Source of the DNA: an uncultured Acidobacteriaceae bacterium
GTDB taxonomy: Bacteria; Acidobacteriota; Terriglobia; Terriglobales; Acidobacteriaceae
DNA: 64,000 bases
Assembly (NCBI GenBank): GCA_963720955.1
Contig: CAVRHK010000028.1
Location: 48,333-112,332, forward strand
Direction of reading: 5' to 3'
The position numbers and the translations under genes were made by a program. The notes under the pieces are model-generated. The model had not been told where the DNA came from, searched no databases, and worked only from the letters and a program-made list of their open reading frames with translations. This document shows, in pieces, positions 22,124 through 31,859 of this stretch. Numbering within the stretch: position 1 is the stretch's first letter; every line of letters starts with the position of its first letter.

Positions 22124-22300
22124 AAACAGTCCTTTCCCACGAGGGCCGAACTAGGACCCATAAGGAAAGATGCCAAATTCTTCAATTCGGATGTTTTTGT
22201 AAATGTCGGAGTAGCAAAATCCCTCGAATGTGCTTCTAAGTAAGAAGCTACCAGGTAGCGCTGCAGGGCATGTCCCACGACGGGCGAGGAAGGAAGATAA

Positions 22301-23404
22301 ATGAATCGCAAAATAAGTTTCACTGCGGCCGCGTTAGCGTGTGTCTTTGCTGCATCGATTATTTGGGGTCAGGCCACTCAACCTTACGACGGCTCGATGC
22401 AAGCAGGCGTGATCGCATCGTCCCACCAAGAGGAATCAGCCAAGCCCAAGTATGGCCATGGGGACAATGACAAGCCGTTGGCGACTGATCAAGTGGATCA
22501 TCCGGTGCTTTGGGAGGATCCAGGCGACATCGCCAGACGCGATCTCTTCTATGGTCAGGGAGGAGAAAAAGGTCAGCCAAAGCCACCTTTTCTATTTTTG
22601 ACGGAAGATCGCAGCGGAACAAATCCCAAGTTTGACACTCGCGATGGAGGCGATAAGAAATGGCGAGTAAAACTCGGAGAAGAATCGCGGCCGGAGGTCG
22701 TCGCCTCCCGACTGCTGTGGGCTATCGGCTACTTTGTTAACGACGACTATCTGGTGCCCGATGCCGAGGTGCGGGATCTAAAGATGAAGCGCAAACCAGG
22801 AGACATGAAGGGGGATCGAGTCGCGAACGCCCGCTTTTCGCGCAAACCGGCCGGACAGGAGAAGATGGGTATCTGGGAGTGGAAGAATAATCCATTTACG
22901 GGAACGCGAGAGCTAAACGGTTTGCGCGTTGCTATGGCGGTGATCAACAATTGGGATCTAAAAGATGTCAACAATGCGGTGTATCAGGACGAGAAGACCG
23001 GGAGGCAGTTATTTATCGTGAGTGATATTGGTGCTGCCTTCGGGACGAATAAATTGGGTTGGACGCGAGCTCAATCAAAAGGCAACGTGGAGAGTTTCAA
23101 AGACTCGAAGTTTATCACTCGAAGTACAGATACCGAGGTCGATTTTGCCACCCCTTCGGCGCCCACCGCCCTGCTAGCGGAGACTGCCGGGTTTGGGATT
23201 GTTCCCTATGCCAAACGCAGCGGCCTAAATTGGATAGGCAAGAATATTCCCCTGGAAGATGTCCGCTGGATCGGATCCCTTCTTGGTCAACTGACGCATG
23301 AACAGCTCGTGGATGCTTTTCGTGCGGGCAATTTTCCGCCAGATGAAATCGCGATCTATGTCACTTATCTTGAGAACCGGATTATCGAATTGAAGAATTT
23401 ATGA
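22301..23404 (+). CDS. Secreted protein with atypical kinase-like motifs (HipA/PI3-4K/Fam20-like)
   Basis: Signal peptide; GTNPKF, WRVK, PEVVASRLL, NNWDLKDVN and VSDIG in kinase order. Confidence 0.6.
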   Translation: MNRKISFTAAALACVFAASIIWGQATQPYDGSMQAGVIASSHQEESAKPKYGHGDNDKPLATDQVDHPVLWEDPGDIARRDLFYGQGGEKGQPKPPFLFLTEDRSGTNPKFDTRDGGDKKWRVKLGEESRPEVVASRLLWAIGYFVNDDYLVPDAEVRDLKMKRKPGDMKGDRVANARFSRKPAGQEKMGIWEWKNNPFTGTRELNGLRVAMAVINNWDLKDVNNAVYQDEKTGRQLFIVSDIGAAFGTNKLGWTRAQSKGNVESFKDSKFITRSTDTEVDFATPSAPTALLAETAGFGIVPYAKRSGLNWIGKNIPLEDVRWIGSLLGQLTHEQLVDAFRAGNFPPDEIAIYVTYLENRIIELKNL

Positions 23405-23414
23405 CTCGCAACAG

Positions 23415-25319
23415 CTAGACAGCCACTTGCATGGCGGCAGCTTCATCGGTGTTGAACTGAATGTCATGCAACTGACGATAGATACCATCGTCCTTGGAGA
23501 GTAGTTCGTCGTGCGCCCCGCTCTCGACGATTCGACCGTCCTTCACGACATAAATGCAGGCTGCACTGCGAATCGTCGATAGGCGATGAGCGATTACCAG
23601 CGATGTTCGCCCCTTCATGAGCCTGTCCAGGGCCTCGAAGACCAGTTGCTCGGAGGAGGCGTCCAGGCCAGAGCTTGGTTCATCCAGAATAAGGATCGGA
23701 CTATTGCGAATGATGGCCCGCGCGATTGCGATGCGCTGTCGCTGTCCGCCGGACAGGGTGATTCCACGTTCGCCTATCTCCGCGGCAAATCTTCCGGGCA
23801 ATTTATCAATGAACTCCGTAGCATTTGCTGTTTCGGCTGCTTTCGCGATCTCGATATGTGACGCCTCGGGCTTGCCGTACGCGATATTGTCCCAGATCGA
23901 GCCGCTGAACAAAACTGTATCCTGCAATACAAAACTCATCTGATCGCGAAGTGATTTCTGCGTCAACGTGCGTACATCGATTCCGTCAATCTTGATCGTT
24001 CCTGCGGTGGGGTCATAGAAACGCGCGATCAAATTGGCGATGGTGGTTTTTCCCGATCCCGTCGGTCCTACCAGCGCCACTGAGGTTCCAGCTTCGATGT
24101 GGAGAGTGACGTCACGAAGTAAAGGTTGCTCGTCGTAAGAGAAATCTACGTTATCGAAGTCAATTCGGCCCTTGAACGCAGGAGCGCGGCTCGCGTCGGG
24201 AGCATCGCGCATTTGATCTTTTACGTTGATGATCTCCTGAATTCTTTCATAGCCCACATCGGCTTTCGAATAGGAGTCCATAATCTTGGAGATGTCCTGC
24301 ATAGGTTTGTACATCTTGGAGATGTAACTGAGAAAGAGAACGATGGAACCTGCCGTAAGACCGTTGCGAAGGGCACTGTTACCGCCAAAGTATAGTACGG
24401 CGCAAACGCCCACGGCCGTAACCAAATTGACGATAGGAACAAGCCTTGCTTTCAGTGCCCGAGCCTTTAACGCTGCCTCGACGGTTTCGAGGCTCTCCCC
24501 TTCTAGCCGCTGAACCTCATAATTCTCGCGCGCAAAGGCCTTCACCACTCGGATAGAACCGAGTACTTCCTGGACGACCGATAACAACTTGCCTTCATGC
24601 TTGCGAACTTCGCGTGATGCGTTTTTAACTCGCCTTGTATAGCTATAAACAATTGCAAAGAGAATAGGCACGACTGCGAGCGCAACAAGTGTGAAGCGCC
24701 AGTTAACGTAGAACATCACGCCGATCATCCCGACGAGCGTAATTACGTCGACAAGAATACTTAGAAGGCCCGAAACGATGAATGTTTGGACCGAATCAAT
24801 ATCGCTCGTTACGCGGCTGATAAGGTCTCCTGTCTTCTTCTGGTCGTGATAGGCGAGCGACAGCCTCTGAACATGCGAATAAAGCGTTCGGCGAAGATCG
24901 TGAGTTACCCATTGGCCTACGCTGGTCGTAATGAATTTTTCATAGTAGGTACAGACGGCATTCAGAAGAGCGATCAATCCGACTGATACACAAGCAAAGA
25001 TCAGTATCTGGTGCGGCGCCGTCCCCACTGTTCGACGAATAACTGCAAACAACCATCCATGCGACTCTTTGCGCGCAATGACATTATCGAGAACAATCTT
25101 CAGCGGCCATGGCTCAAGTAGGTCTGCTATGCTCTCGCCGCCGATTGCAAGCAGTCCCAGCCAAAGCGATCGCCGGTGCGGTTTCAACAACTGCACAATG
25201 GTTAGACCGCGCTGGATTCGATTCGAATCGGAAGCCATGTCAACTTGGATGCAAATAGGCACCAGGACGCCCACTCGAGGGACTGGCGCAGGTTGTTCCC
25301 GATGGTCCCAGGACGTCAA
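23415..25319 (-). CDS. MsbA-like ABC exporter (TMD+NBD)
   Basis: GPTGSGKT, LSGGQRQR, ILDE and IAHRLST; six-TM ABC membrane domain. Start probably at 25238. Confidence 0.93.
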   Translation of the reverse strand: MTSWDHREQPAPVPRVGVLVPICIQVDMASDSNRIQRGLTIVQLLKPHRRSLWLGLLAIGGESIADLLEPWPLKIVLDNVIARKESHGWLFAVIRRTVGTAPHQILIFACVSVGLIALLNAVCTYYEKFITTSVGQWVTHDLRRTLYSHVQRLSLAYHDQKKTGDLISRVTSDIDSVQTFIVSGLLSILVDVITLVGMIGVMFYVNWRFTLVALAVVPILFAIVYSYTRRVKNASREVRKHEGKLLSVVQEVLGSIRVVKAFARENYEVQRLEGESLETVEAALKARALKARLVPIVNLVTAVGVCAVLYFGGNSALRNGLTAGSIVLFLSYISKMYKPMQDISKIMDSYSKADVGYERIQEIINVKDQMRDAPDASRAPAFKGRIDFDNVDFSYDEQPLLRDVTLHIEAGTSVALVGPTGSGKTTIANLIARFYDPTAGTIKIDGIDVRTLTQKSLRDQMSFVLQDTVLFSGSIWDNIAYGKPEASHIEIAKAAETANATEFIDKLPGRFAAEIGERGITLSGGQRQRIAIARAIIRNSPILILDEPSSGLDASSEQLVFEALDRLMKGRTSLVIAHRLSTIRSAACIYVVKDGRIVESGAHDELLSKDDGIYRQLHDIQFNTDEAAAMQVAV

Positions 25320-25409
25320 TTACCCGAGCTAGATGGTTTTTTGGGGGAAGCATGGCCGCTATGTAATGCAGCGAACAACGCATGGCCGGAAACACCGTCG
25401 AACGATCGG

Positions 25410-26174
25410 CTACTTCTTGTGTCGAACAAGCTGAATAGCGTCCCCGATGAACTCGTGAATTTCGTTATTCAGAACAGATGTTCCGAGTGAGTTCGCAAAC
25501 CCTATGAACGTGTTCCCCACGCCGCGGTCCTCAACAGGGTAGTACGCATTGGTCAGCGCGGTTGCGCTGGCAATCCCGGCCAACTTGGGCCAATTGAATG
25601 CGGCTGAACCATCGTCTTTGCGCGTAATCAACAACCGCGTCGCTGAGTAGATTGCTCGCCGTTTAATACTTTCTCTGCGGCCCATAATGTAATAGCGTGG
25701 GTCGTCGTGGAAGAGGGACGCATAAATCCCATAGGCGAAGATAGATTGAGTAGTTTGCTTGATCGCAAATGCGCCTAGACGTTGACCGAATGCTCCACTG
25801 TCAGTCCCGTAATGCGGTCGCGTGTCACCCAGCTGACTGATACCCGCATAAAACAGTGTTGTACCAGCTTCGCTCAAAGTAATTCGGCTTATTACTGAGA
25901 GTTTGAGCTTGTCACCAGTCGTAAGGGGACCCGCAATCTCATCAGGTGATACCACCAGGCTATATTTCTTGAACCGTCTGTTAGGTTCGGTCGAAATTAC
26001 TGACGCGGTTGCTGTTTCGGGAATTCGCCCATCAAGGAGGGCGCCAGGGGAGTCCGGCAGTTCAAAAGATGCGGGAGATGGAGCGTTCTGTGGGTACGCA
26101 CCAGCAGTTAATCCCAGCTGAAGTAGAACCATAAATAAGTTGCCTAACCATGATTTATTTTTTCGTAGGCCCAT
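25410..26174 (-). CDS. Acidobacterial-type hypothetical exported/membrane protein
   Basis: ELPDSP linker; YGTDSGAFGQR, LFHDDPRY and TNAYYP..DRG. Start chosen at MGLRK, inside the longer ORF running to 26474. Confidence 0.65.
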   Translation of the reverse strand: MGLRKNKSWLGNLFMVLLQLGLTAGAYPQNAPSPASFELPDSPGALLDGRIPETATASVISTEPNRRFKKYSLVVSPDEIAGPLTTGDKLKLSVISRITLSEAGTTLFYAGISQLGDTRPHYGTDSGAFGQRLGAFAIKQTTQSIFAYGIYASLFHDDPRYYIMGRRESIKRRAIYSATRLLITRKDDGSAAFNWPKLAGIASATALTNAYYPVEDRGVGNTFIGFANSLGTSVLNNEIHEFIGDAIQLVRHKK

Positions 26175-26505
26175 AATTCTCGCGCTCCGAAAGTGTCGGA
26201 CGCCTACCACGTATAAGTGGGTTGCTCTTTTAGCCGTTTTTCTCGGTAATCGAATTTTATGCGATGAAGCAGCAACTCGTGACGTTGACGACAAGAGATA
26301 AGAGGTGCACTTTTGACACCATTGCGCACGTTTTTGCGAAGATAAAGGGGCTGCAAACGCACCCCGACCTCGAGGCTCGTATTTGCATGAGCGTTCATCC
26401 GGCTTGGGTATCCAATCCTGCAGCACGAAACTGTTTGGCGAAAGGGTCTTAAGCAGGTCAGTACTCGTGTGCAATTCTCAGGTTCAATGCTTGAGCGCGT
26501 ATGCC

Positions 26506-26660
26506 TTATGCATGGTCCCGCTGAAGAAGTAAATTGCGGCGGAGCACTTCGGCGACACTCCAGGCTTGAGGGATGCAGCCACGGGGAGGGAAGGGTGGCT
26601 CCGCGTCGAAGATTTCACCGAGGACACCTACGCCCGCTTCATTGAGGTGTCGTCTCAGCC
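26506..26660 (-). pseudogene. C-terminal remnant of an amylo-alpha-1,6-glucosidase (glycogen debranching enzyme)
   Basis: HLNEAGVG..GEIFDAEPPF.PRGCIPQAWSVAEVLR. The rest of the gene is absent. Confidence 0.75.
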
Positions 26661-26745
26661 GTTGAGAAACGATGTGAGGGGCGGGATTCGCTAATGCTTC
26701 GAAGTCGAACATCTTGACAAGACACCAGGACAACTCTAATGTTTC

Positions 26746-28122
26746 GTGTGGCAACTTATTTCCCTGATGAAACGTATCTCTACAGCACCATTGAGGCAAC
26801 TTCCCATGCCCCTCAGAGAGCCGCTCCTGGCGTTGTTTTTTATCACCCCCACGCTGACTTTGCAGGCGCAGGCGCCACCCCCGACACCGAAGCCTTCCCC
26901 CGATGTCGTCGCTGGCATTCCCGTCAACTACGACGAGGCGAAGGTCGGAACCTATTCATTGCCCGACCCTCTCAGGCTTAACAATGGAAAGCCCGTCAGC
27001 GACGCCCTGGCCTGGTACTCCAAGCGCCGTCCGGAGATTATCGAGATGTTCGAGACCCAGCAATATGGTCGAGCGCCGGGCAGGCCTCCGGATGAGAGCT
27101 TCGAAATCGTCGACAAGGGGACCCCGGCACTCAACGGCAAAGCGATTCGCAAACAGGTCACTATCTATTTCACCAAGGACAAGACCGGACCGTCGATCGA
27201 TCTGCTCATCTATCTCCCTGCAGCAGCCAGCAAGCCAGTGCCGATGTTTTTCAGTATCAATTTTGGTGTCGTGCAGAACGCGGTAGATGATCCCGGGATA
27301 AAACCCGAGACCGGGTGGGATCCCAAGACAAATACACGGATAACGCCGACGGCGGGTCGCGGATTCGGACGCATCGACGCAGAGGCCTTGCTTGATGCTG
27401 GCTTTGGCGTGGCGACCTACTACTACGGCGATGTCGACCCCGACTATCTTGCCGGGTTTCCCAATGGCATTCGTGCTCGTTATCTGAAGCCCGGACAGAC
27501 GGATCGGAATCCGGATGACTGGGGCTCAATCGCGGCCTGGGCCTGGGGCATGAGCCGTGTCGAAGACTACTTCGAAACCGATAAGAGCATCGATGCAAAG
27601 CGCGTGGCTATCCACGGCGTTTCTCGCCTTGGAAAGACGGTTATGTGGGCCGGAGCACACGACCAGCGCTTCGCTGCTGTGATCGCAAGCTGTTCGGGCG
27701 AAGGAGGTGCTGCTCTCAGTCATCGCAACTATGGAGAGACGATCGCGCACCTCACCGCACCCAGCAGATATCCCTATCAGTTTGCGGCAAACTACGCGAA
27801 GTACGGCGGCTTCCCGGATAAGGCACCGATGGACGCCAATCTACTGATAGCGCTGATCGCTCCCCGCCCTCTGCTCCTCCAGACCGGCAGCACTGACAAT
27901 TGGTCGGATCCCAAAGGCGAATTTTTGGCTGCAGTCGCCGCCGGCCCGGTCTACAAACTCCTCGGCAAAAAAGATTTGGGCACGGATGTCTGGCCCGACG
28001 CCAAGCAACCCATCCTCAGTGACCTCAGCTATTACATGCACGAGGGCGGCCACGGCATGGTGCCTTCGGATTGGACCATCTACATCGACTTTCTCAAGAA
28101 GACCCTCCACCCGGAGCAATGA
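26746..28122 (+). CDS. CE15 glucuronoyl-esterase-like secreted esterase
   Basis: GVSRLGK nucleophile motif, AWAWGMSR, SGEGG, DNWSDPKGE and GGHG. Confidence 0.88.
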   Translation: MWQLISLMKRISTAPLRQLPMPLREPLLALFFITPTLTLQAQAPPPTPKPSPDVVAGIPVNYDEAKVGTYSLPDPLRLNNGKPVSDALAWYSKRRPEIIEMFETQQYGRAPGRPPDESFEIVDKGTPALNGKAIRKQVTIYFTKDKTGPSIDLLIYLPAAASKPVPMFFSINFGVVQNAVDDPGIKPETGWDPKTNTRITPTAGRGFGRIDAEALLDAGFGVATYYYGDVDPDYLAGFPNGIRARYLKPGQTDRNPDDWGSIAAWAWGMSRVEDYFETDKSIDAKRVAIHGVSRLGKTVMWAGAHDQRFAAVIASCSGEGGAALSHRNYGETIAHLTAPSRYPYQFAANYAKYGGFPDKAPMDANLLIALIAPRPLLLQTGSTDNWSDPKGEFLAAVAAGPVYKLLGKKDLGTDVWPDAKQPILSDLSYYMHEGGHGMVPSDWTIYIDFLKKTLHPEQ

Positions 28123-31100
28123 TGACAAGTATGCGAAGGGCGTCGGTACTAGCAATTGGGTTGATGACTGCAAGTGTGGTTTTTGCCCAGAGCAACCGCG
28201 ACTCGTTGTCCGACGGATTTATCAACCCTCCTGACTCCGCGAAACCTCGCACTTGGTGGCACTGGACGAACGGCAACGTCACCGAAGCTGGCATCACCAA
28301 AGATCTGGAGTGGATGAAGCGTTCCGGTATCGGCGGATTTCAACTCGTTGACGTCGCTGCCGGTAGCGGCCAGATCGTTGAGCCGAAGATCCACTTCGGT
28401 ACGCCCGAGTGGTATCACGCTGTCGTTCACTCCGCCCAGGAGGCGAAACGGCTTGGCTTGGAGATGTCTATCTTCAGTTGTGCTGGATGGAGCGAAGCCG
28501 GAGGACCGTGGGTCACTCCCGAGATGGCCATGAAGAAGCTGGTGTGGAGCGAGACCGAAATTACCGGTCCTCTTCAGTACTCGGAAAAGCTTGCCCAACC
28601 TCCATCGAACGAAGGTCCTGTACGGGATTCGAGTGCCGGTTCCCGTCCGGGTGCGCCCCACTTCTATGCCGACTCTGCCATCGTCGCCTACCGCACGCCC
28701 GACGTCGCGGTCCCCATGGCCTCAATGAATCCCGCTATCACCACGAGCAACGGGCCAATCGACGGCACGGCTCTGCTCGACGGGAGTCTCACCACATCGG
28801 TCACGATCCCCGCGCCGAAAGACGGCACTCCCGCATGGTTGCAGTTTGAGTTTGCCCAGCCATATACCGCGAGAGCACTGTCGTTCGGTAGCGGAGGGAG
28901 AATTCCCGTCGGCCGTGTTCTCGCAAGTGAGGATGGCGTCACCTTCCGCACGATCGTCGACCTGCCCGGCCCGCAGGGATACCATGGTGCCTCGATTCGA
29001 ACCTTTGCTTTCTCTGCCGTCACGGCAAAGTTCTTTCGCATCGAACTCGATGGTGCGGGCCTCACCCCCGCCGCTGTGATCCATGGAGCACCAGTCGCCG
29101 CAGCCCCATCCTTCACACTCACTGAAGCAATCTTCTACTCTGATGCTCGCGTCAATCGATGGGAGGACAAGGGCGCCTTCGGCAGCCTGATGGACGTATA
29201 CGATGTCGTGCCGACGCCAACCGCTCCTGCTGTCGCGGAGATATCCCGCAGCGAAGTCATCAATCTCACTGGCAAGATGGACAAAGACGGCACACTTCAC
29301 TGGGATGTACCGCAAGGCAAATGGACAGTTCTGCGAATGGGCTACTCCCTTACCGGTGCAAAGAATCGGCCTTCGGTTCCAGCCGGCAGCGGTTATGAGG
29401 TCGATAAGCTCAGCCCTAAATATGTTCAGAGATACTTCAACGGCTACATCGACCCGCTGCAACAGCATCTAGGCAACTTGCTGGGTTCCACCGCTCACTA
29501 CATGACCATGGATAGCTGGGAAGCAGGAATGCAGAACTGGACCGACGAGATGATCGCCGAATTCCAGCGCCGGCGCGGCTACGACCCCACACCCTACCTG
29601 CCCATCCTTGCCGGAAGAGTCGTCGGAAGCGCCGATATCAGCGACCGTTTTCTCTGGGACTTCCGCCGCACCCTTGCAGACATGTTCGCGGAAAACTTTT
29701 ACGGCACGATGGACAGCGAACTTCATAAAAAGGGGATGGAGGCATACTCCGAGGCCTCCGGCGTTGCTCTCGAGATTCCCGAAGACACTCTCCTCAACAA
29801 GAGCAAGGTCGACATTCCCATGGCCGAGTTCTGGGTCCACGCATTGCACCCGGAATCGATGTACTACGTCGATGTGCGCGGCGCGGCCTCTGCCGCTCAC
29901 ATCTACGGCAAGCCCATCGTCGCCACGGAGTCCTTTACTGGCGGCGGCTACGAGTCACCGTACGCGCTGAAAAAAATTGCAGACTACTGGTTTGCCCAGG
30001 GCGTTAATCGCCTCGTCTTCCATACCTCCGCGCAACAACCACTTGATACCAAGCCCGGCAACACCATGGTCGGCACTCATATCAATCGCAACATTACCTG
30101 GGCCGAACAGTCGCGACCCTTCATGACCTATGTCGCTCGTGTTTCGTACATGCTGCAGCAAGGTCGTCCCGTGGCGGATATTGCCTACCTGCTACCCGAA
30201 GGCGCGCCATCCACTATGCCTTTCTGGGGAAGCGGACTGCAACCCGCACCTCCGCCCGGCTATGACTATGACTATCTCAATACGGACATCCTTCTCCACC
30301 ACACCAGTGTCACTCAGGACGGAAGCATCCATGTCGATGGCAGCCACGATCTTCCTGAAGGCATGACCTATCGACTCCTCGTTCTCCCACCGACCACTCA
30401 AATGACCCTGGAGGTCCTGCACAAGTTGCACGAGCTTGTCGCTGCCGGCGCAACCATCACCGGACCGCGTCCCACGTCTTCGCCAAGCCTCTTGCATTAT
30501 CCGAACGCAGACACCGACGTTCACTCGCTCGCGACCGACCTATGGGCAGGCATGGACGGTGTCACGTTGAACCAGCATGCCTTCGGCAAAGGCATGACCT
30601 ACTCTGGTCTCTCGATCGAGGAGATACTCAATCGTCTCAAAGTCTCGCCCGACTTTGCTTCAGGCAATTCGCTCGACAATCCACCTGTCTGGGTGCACCG
30701 CCACACACCTGATGCCGAGATTTACTTCGTCGCCAACCAGTCCGACATGCCCCAAAACATCGAAACTCGCTTCCGTGTCGCGGGAAAGGACGTCCAAATT
30801 TGGCGTCCCATGGATGGCACGATGACTGGGAACAAGTCAGGTAACGGGGCGGCTTACATTGGCGTCGCTCGCATCAAAGATCGCACCGGGAATCGCCAAC
30901 CTGGCCTGCAACCGGCGGCTTATGTCGCCCAGTCCGGCTTCACCACGGTTCCGCTACACCTAGCCGAACGCGAATCGGTCTTGGTCGTCTTTAACAACGT
31001 GGCCCCTGCTTCCTTTCGTACCGCTTCTGCTGTCACGGAGACAACCCTCACGACCCTCAACGGCTCCTGGACGGTCAATTTCCCGACCCATTGGGGCGCA

Positions 31101-31562
31101 CCCCCAAGCGTCACAATGCCGAACCTGATCTCCTGGACTGACAGCACAAATCCCGGCGTGAAGTATTTCTCCGGCACCGCCACCTACGCCAGGACGATTC
31201 AGGCATCTGCGACATGGTTTCGTCCAGGCCAGCGCGTTTGGCTCGACCTCGGAAAAGTCTGCGACATCGCCGAAGTCAAGGTGAATAGAAGGCCGGTCGG
31301 TATCAGTTGGGCGCCACCTTATCGACTCGAAGTCACTAACGAACTCCATCCCGGTCTCAACAGAATCGAGATCGCTGTCACCAACGAGTGGACAAATCGT
31401 CAGGTCGGTGACAGTACCCTGCCGGAGGATCAACGGGTTCTGTCGCCCTCCGGCATACTCCCTGGTAGACCTGGCACCGGGGGAGGGACCGGGAGAGCCC
31501 AGATTCTTCCCGAATCTGGACTGTTCGGCGATGTTCGCCTGATCGCAATTCGCCCCCAATAA
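28119..31562 (+). CDS. GH106 alpha-L-rhamnosidase-like glycoside hydrolase
   Basis: PRTWWHWTNGN, GWSEAGGPW, DSWEAG, DIPMAEFW and YFSGTATY. ATGA overlap with the CE15 stop. Confidence 0.88.
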   Translation: MMTSMRRASVLAIGLMTASVVFAQSNRDSLSDGFINPPDSAKPRTWWHWTNGNVTEAGITKDLEWMKRSGIGGFQLVDVAAGSGQIVEPKIHFGTPEWYHAVVHSAQEAKRLGLEMSIFSCAGWSEAGGPWVTPEMAMKKLVWSETEITGPLQYSEKLAQPPSNEGPVRDSSAGSRPGAPHFYADSAIVAYRTPDVAVPMASMNPAITTSNGPIDGTALLDGSLTTSVTIPAPKDGTPAWLQFEFAQPYTARALSFGSGGRIPVGRVLASEDGVTFRTIVDLPGPQGYHGASIRTFAFSAVTAKFFRIELDGAGLTPAAVIHGAPVAAAPSFTLTEAIFYSDARVNRWEDKGAFGSLMDVYDVVPTPTAPAVAEISRSEVINLTGKMDKDGTLHWDVPQGKWTVLRMGYSLTGAKNRPSVPAGSGYEVDKLSPKYVQRYFNGYIDPLQQHLGNLLGSTAHYMTMDSWEAGMQNWTDEMIAEFQRRRGYDPTPYLPILAGRVVGSADISDRFLWDFRRTLADMFAENFYGTMDSELHKKGMEAYSEASGVALEIPEDTLLNKSKVDIPMAEFWVHALHPESMYYVDVRGAASAAHIYGKPIVATESFTGGGYESPYALKKIADYWFAQGVNRLVFHTSAQQPLDTKPGNTMVGTHINRNITWAEQSRPFMTYVARVSYMLQQGRPVADIAYLLPEGAPSTMPFWGSGLQPAPPPGYDYDYLNTDILLHHTSVTQDGSIHVDGSHDLPEGMTYRLLVLPPTTQMTLEVLHKLHELVAAGATITGPRPTSSPSLLHYPNADTDVHSLATDLWAGMDGVTLNQHAFGKGMTYSGLSIEEILNRLKVSPDFASGNSLDNPPVWVHRHTPDAEIYFVANQSDMPQNIETRFRVAGKDVQIWRPMDGTMTGNKSGNGAAYIGVARIKDRTGNRQPGLQPAAYVAQSGFTTVPLHLAERESVLVVFNNVAPASFRTASAVTETTLTTLNGSWTVNFPTHWGAPPSVTMPNLISWTDSTNPGVKYFSGTATYARTIQASATWFRPGQRVWLDLGKVCDIAEVKVNRRPVGISWAPPYRLEVTNELHPGLNRIEIAVTNEWTNRQVGDSTLPEDQRVLSPSGILPGRPGTGGGTGRAQILPESGLFGDVRLIAIRPQ

Positions 31563-31859
31563 TTGGGGACTTCACACGCCACATTTCTCGGAATTCCATT
31601 TCGAACTGCTCTGTGGCATTCGCGACCCATTTACGCCTCTATGTCGCACCTTCCGATTTGACGATCAGTATCCAGAAACGCGCCAAATCCACGAATATTT
31701 GAGTTTCCGAGCGGCGGTCAAACAGACGCAGACATCGCCGAAGCAAGCAGACACTGACGAGAGTAGGGTGCGGGTTGCCCGTAATTCGGAAGCTGCCTCG
31801 AATGGCTTCGGACAAGCTGACTCATGGCAACATTTTTAGGCATCCGCCTGATAAGAGTG

